32,000 bases of DNA from Ferroglobus placidus DSM 10642 (GTDB lineage Archaea > Halobacteriota > Archaeoglobi > Archaeoglobales > Archaeoglobaceae): positions 1,230,001 through 1,262,000 of the forward strand of contig NC_013849.1 in the NCBI RefSeq assembly GCF_000025505.1, read 5' to 3'. The notes beneath the pieces were generated by a model. That model worked only from the letters and a program-made list of their open reading frames with translations. It had not been told where the DNA came from and searched no databases. The stretch's first letter is position 1. Each line of letters opens with the position of its first letter. This document shows, piece after piece, positions 24,548-32,000 of the stretch. Both the position numbers and the translations under genes were made by a program.

Positions 24548-25419
24548 TGAAGCTTCTGTACGAGCTTGATTCGATGCTTGACGCTATTTACGGCTACATG
24601 GTTCTGAAGGCATACGTATTCTCGTTGAGATTTAACGGCAACTACGCTAACGGTGATTACGCAGAAAGGTGGAAAAAATATATAGAAAAATTTGATAAAA
24701 AGGAGCTTAACAAAGCTTGCGAGTCGTTAAAGAATTGCAAAGACGGGAAAGTTCTCGATTTGGTTGATGCGATGGATCGCTCTTCGTACTACGCTTTAAT
24801 TCATCCTGAACACCCGAACATAACCCTCGGATTTATAAAGGACGCAGATCTCTGGAATCTCTGGCTTGAATCGGGGATTTACAGATACGCGAGGAGTGCT
24901 ATCGCAGACGTCGTTGGAATTGGCATTGGGGACAAGATCGTTGATTTCGGTTGTGGAAGCGCCTCTCCAAGGTTTTACGCGTCTCTCGTGGGCAGTTCTG
25001 GAGCGTATGTAGGGGTGGATTACTCCAAGCCCCTCCTAAACATAGCGGAAAAGAAGTGCAAGAATGAGAATATAATCGATAGAGTTAAGCTAATTCACGC
25101 GAAAGCGGAATCGAGGATACACTTCAACAAAAGGTACGACATTGCGGTGATCTCCGCTGTAGCTGAGTATTCGTCTCTTAACGGAATTTTAAGGAATGCT
25201 TTAGAGGCTTTGGGGTACGAGGGCAACATCGCTATATTTTCGGAGCTTTTCGTCGATTTGCAGCCGGAAAGGGAAGAGCTTTTTAACCTCTACTATTCTT
25301 TGATCCCCGGCTTCACGTCTTTCCCATCTTTAGGAGAAATAAGAGAATTTTTTGAAAAAACCGGGGTGGACTACTCTATAGAAACCTACGGAAACCACCT
25401 CGTGGTAATTCAGCTTTGA
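24544..25419 (+). CDS. class I SAM-dependent methyltransferase (O-methyltransferase-like, with N-terminal helical domain)
   Basis: 291-aa ORF with SAM motif I KIVDFGCGSASP and an acidic post-I VGVDYS. It shares an ATGA overlap with the wHTH gene. Confidence 0.75.
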   Translation: MMKLLYELDSMLDAIYGYMVLKAYVFSLRFNGNYANGDYAERWKKYIEKFDKKELNKACESLKNCKDGKVLDLVDAMDRSSYYALIHPEHPNITLGFIKDADLWNLWLESGIYRYARSAIADVVGIGIGDKIVDFGCGSASPRFYASLVGSSGAYVGVDYSKPLLNIAEKKCKNENIIDRVKLIHAKAESRIHFNKRYDIAVISAVAEYSSLNGILRNALEALGYEGNIAIFSELFVDLQPEREELFNLYYSLIPGFTSFPSLGEIREFFEKTGVDYSIETYGNHLVVIQL

Positions 25420-25793
25420 AGAACTCTCCTAATCTCTTCAGGTATTTTCCTCCTTTTCCAGCTCTTATCTACGCAGACGCAGGAGATTTTTCCCCTTGCG
25501 ACGACCTCGCTTTTTCTTTTCGCTTCGAATCGAAACGTCACGCTACTCTCTTTCAGCTCCTCGACGAAAACGTCCACGTTTATTTCGTCATCGTACCTCG
25601 TTGGAGCGTCAAACTTGCCCTCAGCGTAAACTATGGGAAACGCGTAATCCTCTTGGACGTTCCTGTAGAAGAGCTCAGGCTTTATTCCCCTTTCTCTCAA
25701 GAACTCGTCCAGTGCCTCTTTAAAGTAGTTGAAGTAAGAAGCAAAATACGTCACGCCGAAGGGATCCGTTTCTCCGAACCTAACCCTCCTCAA
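25410..25793 (-). CDS. hotdog-fold acyl-CoA thioesterase (4HBT/YbgC-like)
   Basis: 127-aa ORF. The N-terminus RVRFGETDPFGVTYFASYFNYFKEA matches the 4HBT thioesterase pattern. Confidence 0.75.
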   Translation of the reverse strand: MRRVRFGETDPFGVTYFASYFNYFKEALDEFLRERGIKPELFYRNVQEDYAFPIVYAEGKFDAPTRYDDEINVDVFVEELKESSVTFRFEAKRKSEVVARGKISCVCVDKSWKRRKIPEEIRRVLQS

Positions 25794-26113
25794 ATCAGAC
25801 CCCTCTTTTTTAGGAAGTCTTCAACGACCGGCAAAACCTTGTCGAGAACTTCTCTCTCTTCTCCGCTGACTCTCAGCATTATCAAAGCGTTTGTATCAGC
25901 TGGAGGTGCGACAGCCATTTCTACGCCATCTATTTTCGCATCCCTAACGGCTTTTGCTATTTCCCCCTTTGCAACTATTTTATCTCCAACTTTGAGGAGG
26001 TAGCCATGATGCTCCGAATTGGGCAGCTCGAAGTGAAGGACTATCGTCGAGTAATTCTTTCCCTTTTCGAGGGTTTGAACCTTTACTTTTCTTCCTTTGT
26101 ACTCGAACTCCAT
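25790..26113 (-). CDS. hypothetical 107-aa protein
   Basis: The ORF shares a 4-nt overlap with the thioesterase gene. I recognise no motif. Confidence 0.6.
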   Translation of the reverse strand: MEFEYKGRKVKVQTLEKGKNYSTIVLHFELPNSEHHGYLLKVGDKIVAKGEIAKAVRDAKIDGVEMAVAPPADTNALIMLRVSGEEREVLDKVLPVVEDFLKKRGLI

Positions 26114-26118
26114 GTTTC

Positions 26119-26132
26119 GAAAGTTAACTTTC
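26119..26132. repeat. 14-bp perfect palindrome GAAAGTTAACTTTC (candidate operator)
   Basis: Read directly. It lies 6 nt upstream of the start (26113) of the minus-strand 107-aa gene, in a divergent promoter region. Confidence 0.35.
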
Positions 26133-26193
26133 CTGGTGAAAAGAGTAATGTTTTTATTCTTCCCTTAAACCATGATTAATAGTGGTGATAAAA

Positions 26194-26628
26194 ATGCCGG
26201 AGAAAATGAGAGTAGTCTTATGTGGCTACGATCCGATGCTCGTGAGGGGATACGTGAAAGCGAAGAATGAAGAAGCGCTGTGGTTCTACCTGCCAAAAGA
26301 GCTTTACGAAGATTACAAGCTGAAACCGGGAGATAAGGTGAAGGGCGTTGTGGAGAAAATATACGCCGGAAAAACTGGAGAAATTGTAGCTGAGCCTAAC
26401 GAAGAGTTCGTCTGGGAAACATCGAGGTTCACGGGAATGGCTGTTGTTGTTGACCATGACTTCATAGCCAAATACAAGCTCACGGCTTGGCACTTCTTAG
26501 AGCTGACGGTAAATGCGATAATTCAGGACGGAGAAGAGAAGGAAGTTTATCCCGGAGAAACCAAGCAGAGGAAGTTCTGGCCGGATGAAAGACTAAAGCT
26601 CCACTACACCCTCGACTACGTTGAGTAA
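26194..26628 (+). CDS. hypothetical 144-aa protein; possible tandem AbrB/SpoVT-like beta-hairpin repeats (weak)
   Basis: ATG 26194 (the track GTG is at 26182). LPKELYEDYKLKPGDKVKGVV and DHDFIAKYKLTAWHFLELTV resemble swapped-hairpin barrel segments. Confidence 0.55.
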   Translation: MPEKMRVVLCGYDPMLVRGYVKAKNEEALWFYLPKELYEDYKLKPGDKVKGVVEKIYAGKTGEIVAEPNEEFVWETSRFTGMAVVVDHDFIAKYKLTAWHFLELTVNAIIQDGEEKEVYPGETKQRKFWPDERLKLHYTLDYVE

Positions 26629-26629
26629 A

Positions 26630-27667
26630 ATGTGGGAAGAAGTTGAAGGTTTCAAACACCTTTTATTTTTGGAAGGTTACGGTTTCTCTTCCAACATTTA
26701 CGCACTCAGACGCTCTTCCATAGCTTTAATAGATGTTGGAAACGATTACACGGCTTTTTTCGAATTTAAAGAGGAGGTTGGAGAGATCTCTGAAATCGAT
26801 CAGATTTTCTTAACTCACTCCCACAACGATCACACTCTCGGCTTGCTTGAGCTCTTTAGAGCTTACAAAGACTTCGATAACGTCGAGATTTTCGTTCACG
26901 AGCTCATGAAGGATGCGATAGAAAAGAGAGCGAAAACGTTTGGGAAGAAAGTGAAGGTTGTAGGGGTTAGAGGTGGGGAGAACATTAATTTTGGCGGAGA
27001 AGAAGCGATAATTCTGAAAACTCCAGGACACACGATAGATTCGCTAAGCCTTTATCTTAAAGAAAAGCAAGCCCTCTTTTCCGGAGATGCGGTCGTTATG
27101 AACCCCGTAATTGACGAAAGTCTCGGAGGGAGACTGATCGACTACGTAATTTCGCTGAGGCATTTAAGGAAGGTGGAAATCTCGGCGATTTTTCCAGGGC
27201 ATGGCTACTACGCTTTGAAAGGTGCGAAGGACATTCTCGATAAGGCTTATTTAAAAGCTATAAGTTTTCTTGATCCGGACAAACCTCTGAAGGATGTCGC
27301 TAAAAAAGCATTAGCCCTTGGAATGGTGGAAGAGGCTGAATACGCTTTGGAAAAGCAGTTGGAGTTCGAGTTCGACGAAGAGGCTCTTTTTGGATTGGCG
27401 TCGATAAAAGCAGATAAGGGGGAGCTTGAAGTAGTTAAGGGGCTGCTTAAAAACTACGACACGTTCGAGACATACCACATTATCGGAGTAGCAGCTATGA
27501 AAGCGGGGAAGTTTGATGAAGCCGCAAATTACCTCAAAAAAGCCCTCGAAATTAAGGAAGATAAGAGTATCAAGCTGCTTCTTGCCACGGCTCTTTATGA
27601 AGATGGGAAAGTCGAAGAAGCGATGAAAATCGAGGAGTTTAAATCCATTTTATCGAAAATCAAATAA
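26630..27667 (+). CDS. metallo-beta-lactamase-fold hydrolase with C-terminal helical-repeat (TPR-like) extension
   Basis: HxHxDH motif THSHNDHTLG, later TPGHT and FPGHG. The C-terminal part of about 110 aa is alanine/leucine-rich helical repeats. Confidence 0.8.
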   Translation: MWEEVEGFKHLLFLEGYGFSSNIYALRRSSIALIDVGNDYTAFFEFKEEVGEISEIDQIFLTHSHNDHTLGLLELFRAYKDFDNVEIFVHELMKDAIEKRAKTFGKKVKVVGVRGGENINFGGEEAIILKTPGHTIDSLSLYLKEKQALFSGDAVVMNPVIDESLGGRLIDYVISLRHLRKVEISAIFPGHGYYALKGAKDILDKAYLKAISFLDPDKPLKDVAKKALALGMVEEAEYALEKQLEFEFDEEALFGLASIKADKGELEVVKGLLKNYDTFETYHIIGVAAMKAGKFDEAANYLKKALEIKEDKSIKLLLATALYEDGKVEEAMKIEEFKSILSKIK

Positions 27668-27738
27668 TAAATATTCAAAATAATTATCCAGTCAACTTAT
27701 CGCCTCGCTTCAACACTCATTAAAAACCATTAAACTTA

Positions 27739-27752
27739 TATTGTTGACAATA
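27739..27752. promoter_or_regulatory. inverted repeat TATTGT-TG-ACAATA in the CoA-transferase operon promoter
   Basis: Read directly. It has 6-bp arms and a 2-bp spacer, and lies 8 nt before ATG 27760 and 32 nt before the SD-led ATG 27784. Confidence 0.3.
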
Positions 27753-27783
27753 ATATATCATGTCAAATCGTGGAGGTGAAGAG

Positions 27784-29298
27784 ATGGGAGAGGAAAAGTA
27801 TGAGGAGAAGTACATCGAACTTGAGATTAACGACATAAAAGACACGCTGTTGCCGAGACCTTGGCCAGTAACCCCTCCGAGGAAGAAAGAAGAAATCTAC
27901 GCTCCCTGGGTAAAGGATCCGAGAGATCCGGATGGAAGCTACGGGAAATTTATCGAGGAAAACATAAGCTGGGAAAAAGCTGAAGGAAAGCCTTGGGCGT
28001 TGGACGGAATAACAGTTTTGGACTGCACGATATGGGGGCTGGCTGGAGCTACAGCCGGAAGCTACTTAGCCGAACTCGGAGCTGAAGTTATTAAAGTTGA
28101 ACCCATTACCGGCGATCCGCAGAGGTATCTGTATCCCTTCGGTAGAGAAGAGTACGCTTTCGAAGACATCTACACCGGCGAAAAAGTCAGCCCGACATTT
28201 ATCCACGAGCAGAGGAACAAATATTCGATAACGCTAAATCTGGAACACCCGAAAGGAAGAGAGCTTTTCAAGAGACTTGCGGCTAAAGCTGATATAGTTC
28301 TTGAGAACTATCCTCCCGGAACTTTCGATGAGTGGGGAATCGGCTACAGACAGCTCAGCAAGATAAACCCGAGGCTGATCTACGTGTGGTTCGGGCAGCT
28401 CGGACAGTGGGGCAGCATGAAGGACAGAACTTCAAAGTACGGACAGTGGATGCTCGATCCCGTTGGAATGGCGGCCAGCGAATACATACACTCTACAGGT
28501 TTTCCGGCTGACTTGCTGCCGAGAGAGAAAGGAGGAAATCCGACGAGATCGGGAGAGTGGATAGCTGATATCGTCGCTGGAGTTTGGGGGACTGTGGCGA
28601 TTCTTGCTGCGTTGTATTACAGAGAAAACGTGAGCAACAGAGGACAGTTCATAGAGGTGGCGGCAGCCGAAGCTCTCATGGAGATTCTCGACTTCAACAT
28701 AAGCTGGTACGCTTTCGACGGAAGCATTAAAGCGAGAATCGGTGGATGGGATCCAAATCTAAACCAGTACGCTTGGAACCCTTGCAGGGACGGTTACATG
28801 ATGATAGGCGGGCAGTCTGACAGACTCTGGTACAGAATACTGCAAGTTATAGCTCAGGAAGATCCGGAGGGAGCGAGGTTGATAGCTGAAGACCCCTTCC
28901 TCAAAGAAATGGCAGCGAGAAACGCTCTTGAAGGGCTTATAAAGACGTACACAGTTACAGCTCACTGGCTTACGAAGAACACGAGAGCAGAAGCAGAGGT
29001 AAAGATGAACGCGAGAGAGGTTGCGGCAGCTCCAGTTTTGATGATAGACGAGGTGGCTGAGTACGAGCACTTCATCTACAGGAGGCACGTCACAGAAGTT
29101 TACGACGAGCACTACGGAAGAGTCCTCATAGCTAATTCGCCTTTGGCTCATCAGCACAAGACTCCCGCGAGAGTTAAATGGGTTGGCAGACCTCTCGGTC
29201 TCGACAACGGAGAAATCTTCGCCAAGTATCTCGGCTTAGGTCCTGAGGAGATTAAGAAGCTCGCGAAGGAAGGAGTTACGACTTGGTATCACGAGTGA
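27784..29298 (+). CDS. family III CoA-transferase (CaiB/BaiF/Frc type), paralog 1
   Basis: [33 protein letters not shown] is the nucleotide-fold signature. The catalytic-Asp region is [24 protein letters not shown]...GQFIEV. ATG 27784 follows GGAGGTGA; the alternative start is 27760. An N-terminal extension of about 70 aa is present. Confidence 0.85.
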   Translation: MGEEKYEEKYIELEINDIKDTLLPRPWPVTPPRKKEEIYAPWVKDPRDPDGSYGKFIEENISWEKAEGKPWALDGITVLDCTIWGLAGATAGSYLAELGAEVIKVEPITGDPQRYLYPFGREEYAFEDIYTGEKVSPTFIHEQRNKYSITLNLEHPKGRELFKRLAAKADIVLENYPPGTFDEWGIGYRQLSKINPRLIYVWFGQLGQWGSMKDRTSKYGQWMLDPVGMAASEYIHSTGFPADLLPREKGGNPTRSGEWIADIVAGVWGTVAILAALYYRENVSNRGQFIEVAAAEALMEILDFNISWYAFDGSIKARIGGWDPNLNQYAWNPCRDGYMMIGGQSDRLWYRILQVIAQEDPEGARLIAEDPFLKEMAARNALEGLIKTYTVTAHWLTKNTRAEAEVKMNAREVAAAPVLMIDEVAEYEHFIYRRHVTEVYDEHYGRVLIANSPLAHQHKTPARVKWVGRPLGLDNGEIFAKYLGLGPEEIKKLAKEGVTTWYHE

Positions 29299-29309
29299 GG
29301 TGGTTTCGA

Positions 29310-30740
29310 ATGAATGAGGAGATGAAGTGGTATAAACAGGAAGGTAGCTGGAGTTTCGATCCGCCGGTTGATAAAGACCCAGAAACTGGGGAGGATCTTG
29401 AGAAGATCCCCTTCGAAGAGTACTGTAAAAAGATCTTCGATCCTAACAAGGTTTGGGACAAGCCAGAGGCTTTGAAAGGCTGGAGACACATCTCAGCGAC
29501 GATGTACATCCTCTCTCCTCACGTCGGAGCAACTCTCGGTGAATTTGGAGCTGAAGTGATAAAGATCGAATTGCCGAAGCTCGGAGACCCGATGAGGCAC
29601 ACGTCTCCTTTCAACGAGGTTTACCTCTGGCCGGAAACAGATCATAGACCGATGACCGGAACCGGAATGGGTTACCTTCACGCTAACGACAACAAGTACT
29701 TCGTCACACTCGATTATCACGCTCCGGAAGCTAAGGAGATAGTCTACGATCTCGTCAGAATTTCCGACAGCTTAGCGGAATGTTACAGACCGGGAACTTT
29801 CTACAGGTGGGGCATAGGATATCCGCAGCTCAAAGAAGTTAATCCGAGGCTGATCTACATCTGGCTCGGAGGTTTCGGAAACTACGGACCGAGAAGGTAC
29901 GGAGGAAGCTACGACATTCTCGGGCAAGCTGTAGGTGGTTTAGCAGCCATAACTGGCTGGCACGAAGATTTCGGAGGTCATCCAGCGAAGCAGACGAACT
30001 GGCTGATCGACTGGTATTCCGGACTGATCGGTGTCATTGGCGTTTTAGCTGCAGCTCACTACAGGAGAAAGACCGGCGAAGGAACTTTCATCGACCTCAG
30101 CCAGATAAGTTGCTCCACAAGAGCTACCGGCTACGCTTTCCCGCTTTACGGAAGATTTGGTGTCGTGAGGCAAAGGTGGGGTAACTGGGACACTCTACTT
30201 TGCGTCCACGGAGTCATAATGGTTGGAAAGACCGACGATCCGGAGCATCCCAACCCGCAGATAAGTGAAGAAAGCAGATATGTCTTCGTTTCAGCCTTCC
30301 AAGACGAGGACTTCAGAGAACTCTGCTACGTCATCGGCAGACCGGATCTCTGGGAGAAGTACTGCAGCTTAAAGGAGAGGTTGAAGCCTGAAGCCCAGAT
30401 AGAAATTTACAGGGCTCTCGAGGAGTGGGCGGCTGACAAGTCGAGGAGCGAAGTTGTGGAGATTCTCAACAACGCTGGCTTGATAGCTGTGCCGGTCTTC
30501 TCGGCTAAAGACGTTTACGAGTGCGACCACTACTGGGAGAGAGGAACGCTCAGATGGGTAGAAGATCCGATATTCGGTCACGTGCTCGTTCACGGAGCTA
30601 CAGTAAAGATGAGCGAAACTCCGCCGAGGATAAAGTGGATCTGGAGACCGATTGGAGCGGACAACATCAGAATCTACCACGAACTGCTCGGCTATCCGCT
30701 GAGCAAGCTGAAGGAGTTGTGGGAGAAGGGAGTAATCTGA
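29310..30740 (+). CDS. family III CoA-transferase, paralog 2
   Basis: [67 protein letters not shown] 29310 follows GAGGTGG; the track start is 29283. Confidence 0.85.
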   Translation: MNEEMKWYKQEGSWSFDPPVDKDPETGEDLEKIPFEEYCKKIFDPNKVWDKPEALKGWRHISATMYILSPHVGATLGEFGAEVIKIELPKLGDPMRHTSPFNEVYLWPETDHRPMTGTGMGYLHANDNKYFVTLDYHAPEAKEIVYDLVRISDSLAECYRPGTFYRWGIGYPQLKEVNPRLIYIWLGGFGNYGPRRYGGSYDILGQAVGGLAAITGWHEDFGGHPAKQTNWLIDWYSGLIGVIGVLAAAHYRRKTGEGTFIDLSQISCSTRATGYAFPLYGRFGVVRQRWGNWDTLLCVHGVIMVGKTDDPEHPNPQISEESRYVFVSAFQDEDFRELCYVIGRPDLWEKYCSLKERLKPEAQIEIYRALEEWAADKSRSEVVEILNNAGLIAVPVFSAKDVYECDHYWERGTLRWVEDPIFGHVLVHGATVKMSETPPRIKWIWRPIGADNIRIYHELLGYPLSKLKELWEKGVI

Positions 30741-30753
30741 GGGGGTGGTTTAG

Positions 30754-31254
30754 TTGGTTTATTACTGGGAGCACGAATGCGGATGGGTGAACTACCTCGA
30801 CCCCTACTACTTCTGGAACTGGGAAGGGAAGGTAAAGTGTGCCGGCTGCGACAAGGTGGCTTACTTCAAATTCGTCAACGGAGAACTGCTCGAATACAGA
30901 GAGGTTGACGAAGAACCAGACATCCTCCCGCTTTACGCTGACAATCCGAATGAGGGATACATTTCGATAAAAGTCGGAACTGAAGGAAAAACGAGACCTT
31001 TCAGAGGGCTGATGAGAGATCCGAAGACTTACACCGGAGAAGCGAGAACGAGAACTGAGAACTTTGCCGGAAAGTTCATAAGAGCAATGCCCAACCAGCC
31101 GAAGAAGGCTGGATTTGCGGAAAGCAGAAGGTTCGCGTGGATCGACAGAACGAAAAGCATCGAAGTCTGGGGCAAGGATAAGTATCCCGGCAAACCGGTT
31201 TACGGCAAGTTTAAGGTCGGTGAAGTTGCTGAAGAAGAGCATGTGGAGGAGTGA
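30754..31254 (+). CDS. hypothetical 166-aa protein with N-terminal H-x-C...C-x-x-C zinc-ribbon-like motif
   Basis: TTG start 5 nt after GGGGGTGG. The motif is WEHECGWVNYLDPYYFWNWEGKVKCAGCDK. The C-terminal half is basic and the tail acidic. Confidence 0.65.
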   Translation: MVYYWEHECGWVNYLDPYYFWNWEGKVKCAGCDKVAYFKFVNGELLEYREVDEEPDILPLYADNPNEGYISIKVGTEGKTRPFRGLMRDPKTYTGEARTRTENFAGKFIRAMPNQPKKAGFAESRRFAWIDRTKSIEVWGKDKYPGKPVYGKFKVGEVAEEEHVEE

Positions 31255-31259
31255 TAACC

Positions 31260-31520
31260 ATGAGCTCTCACGTCGAATTTAGCTTTCCGAAAGATGCTGG
31301 TCCAAAGCCAGCTGTTTGGACGAAAGAGCAGGAGGAGTTCGTCAAGCAGTTCCCGCACATATGCAAGGAATGCAAATGGCTCAAACCGATAATTCCCAAC
31401 ACCAAGTACCCTCCCGCCGATCTGGTAGGCTACTGCAAGATTATACACTGGCCCTTCTACTGGTGCGTAAGCAAGTACACTATAGTTAAGAAGTGCAAGT
31501 GGTTTGAAAAGAGGGAATAG
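31260..31520 (+). CDS. hypothetical 86-aa Cys-rich protein
   Basis: ATG 31260 follows GGAGGAGTGA. Five Cys are present: CKEC, then GYCK, WCV and KCKW. Confidence 0.6.
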   Translation: MSSHVEFSFPKDAGPKPAVWTKEQEEFVKQFPHICKECKWLKPIIPNTKYPPADLVGYCKIIHWPFYWCVSKYTIVKKCKWFEKRE

Positions 31521-31554
31521 CTTTAAATCTACCAAAATTTTTAACATTTTTTAA

Positions 31555-31683
31555 TGAAGTGCATTTACGATCCAGCGGTCGATTGCATCTACGAAGATTT
31601 CAGCGAGGAAAGGTGTAGGAGCTGTCCGATTTACGAGGCGATTGTTGAGGGAGCTAAGGGGTGTGGTAGCGTTGAGTTCTGAA
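31555..31683 (+). CDS. possible 42-aa Cys-rich micro-protein (not in the ORF track)
   Basis: Hand translation MKCIYDPAVDCIYEDFSEERCRSCPIYEAIVEGAKGCGSVEF*. It has 5 Cys including CxxC but no obvious SD. Confidence 0.3.
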
Positions 31684-31926
31684 ATTAATAGGGCTAAGGA
31701 GCTCGTTGAGAGGTGGTTTAAAAGCTACGCGGAGAAAGCTGACGAAACTGCGGTGGAGCTTTTCTCAGACGACATCGAAGTTATCGATAGCTGGGCGAAT
31801 TCTATGCTGATGGCCGGTAGAATAAGTAACGAAGAGTACTGGGATCTTATCACCTTTTGCGAAGAAAAGCTCGAAGAACTTAAAAGGTTAGCCGGAGTTG
31901 AAAGCTTGGACATGCGTTTCAAGTAG
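31663..31926 (+). CDS. hypothetical helical protein of about 87 aa
   Basis: GTG 31663 lies 7 nt after GAGGGAG (the track TTG is at 31642). The sequence is predicted helical and I recognise no motif. Confidence 0.5.
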   Translation: MVALSSEINRAKELVERWFKSYAEKADETAVELFSDDIEVIDSWANSMLMAGRISNEEYWDLITFCEEKLEELKRLAGVESLDMRFK

Positions 31927-32000
31927 CGTCGTAGATCCACACGACATCGAGTTTATCGACGTAGCAGTTAACTCCGATCAATTCCGCAAGGCTCGGTTTC
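31919..32000 (-). CDS. C-terminal 26 codons of an unidentified gene entering from the right edge
   Basis: Hand translation of the minus strand: KPSLAELIGVNCYVDKLDVVWIYDAT*. It is open to the window edge and convergent with the previous gene, overlapping it by 8 nt. Confidence 0.35.
   Translation of the reverse strand, partial: KPSLAELIGVNCYVDKLDVVWIYDAT

Noticed and set aside
25416-26003. 195-aa + strand ORF overlapping the thioesterase and 107-aa genes
   Set aside because: It is antisense to two coupled ORFs, one of which has a clear 4HBT thioesterase N-terminal motif. Its composition is S/P/R-rich.
30667-31242. 191-aa ORF antisense to the 166-aa zinc-ribbon protein gene
   Set aside because: It has no SD or promoter and its composition is S/R/F-rich. 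The sense ORF is coupled to the operon by an SD and close spacing.
1-32000. Scan for CRISPR arrays, tRNA/rRNA genes, transposases, integrases and known defence-system hallmarks (nucleases, STAND/AAA+ with effector domains)
   Set aside because: I saw no regularly spaced direct repeats, no tRNA-like T-arm or acceptor signatures, no DDE or tyrosine-recombinase-like ORFs, and no nuclease-type motifs. All the P-loop proteins are accounted for as RadA, KaiC-like, ArlH, ArlI or TmcA.

Overview
The window is a dense archaeal chromosomal segment of about 40 genes with short or overlapping gene junctions. All function calls rest on motif and pattern recognition in the supplied translations; no searches were run.

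The gene set is RadA, a complete archaellum operon, TmcA, QueC/E/D, a geranylgeranyl-reductase paralog and a UbiA prenyltransferase. Together with K/E/I-rich proteins and a multihaem cytochrome module, this suggests a hyperthermophilic euryarchaeon. An Archaeoglobales-like source (Ferroglobus, Geoglobus or Archaeoglobus) is inference only.

Layout, left to right:
- 1-2367 (-): tetrahaem cytochrome c, a Tat-exported 4x[4Fe-4S] protein and an NrfD-like membrane subunit.
- 2555-4579 (-): a 98-aa unknown followed by queC, queE and queD.
- 4620-7458 (+): GGR-family flavoprotein, wHTH regulator and M20 deacylase.
- 7944-8966 (+): radA.
- 9002-11488 (+): translationally coupled KaiC-like ATPase, Roadblock/LC7-like protein and a 445-aa FIST-like unknown.
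- 11471-12340 (-): UbiA prenyltransferase, followed by an unusually long AT-rich gap of about 610 bp.
- 12960-15549 (+): tmcA with a YqfB-like ASCH gene in an overlapping frame.
- 15566-16174 (-): DUF502-like membrane protein.
- 16277-16969 (+): P-loop-less KaiC-fold-like protein.
- 17180-24116 (+): arlB-C-D/E-F-G-H-I-J.
- 24215-25419 (+): wHTH protein and SAM methyltransferase.
- 25410-27667: thioesterase, small unknowns and an MBL hydrolase.
- 27784-31926 (+): two tandem family-III CoA-transferases and a train of small Cys-rich proteins.

I saw no tRNA, rRNA, CRISPR array, transposase or integrase.

The candidates most worth follow-up are:
- the TmcA/ASCH pair, a possible ac4C writer plus amidohydrolase;
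- the KaiC-like/Roadblock/FIST-like operon;
- the CoA-transferase pair with four uncharacterised small proteins;
- the degenerate KaiC-like gene and wHTH/methyltransferase pair that bracket the archaellum operon;
- several perfect palindromes and a GC-rich hairpin in intergenic DNA.
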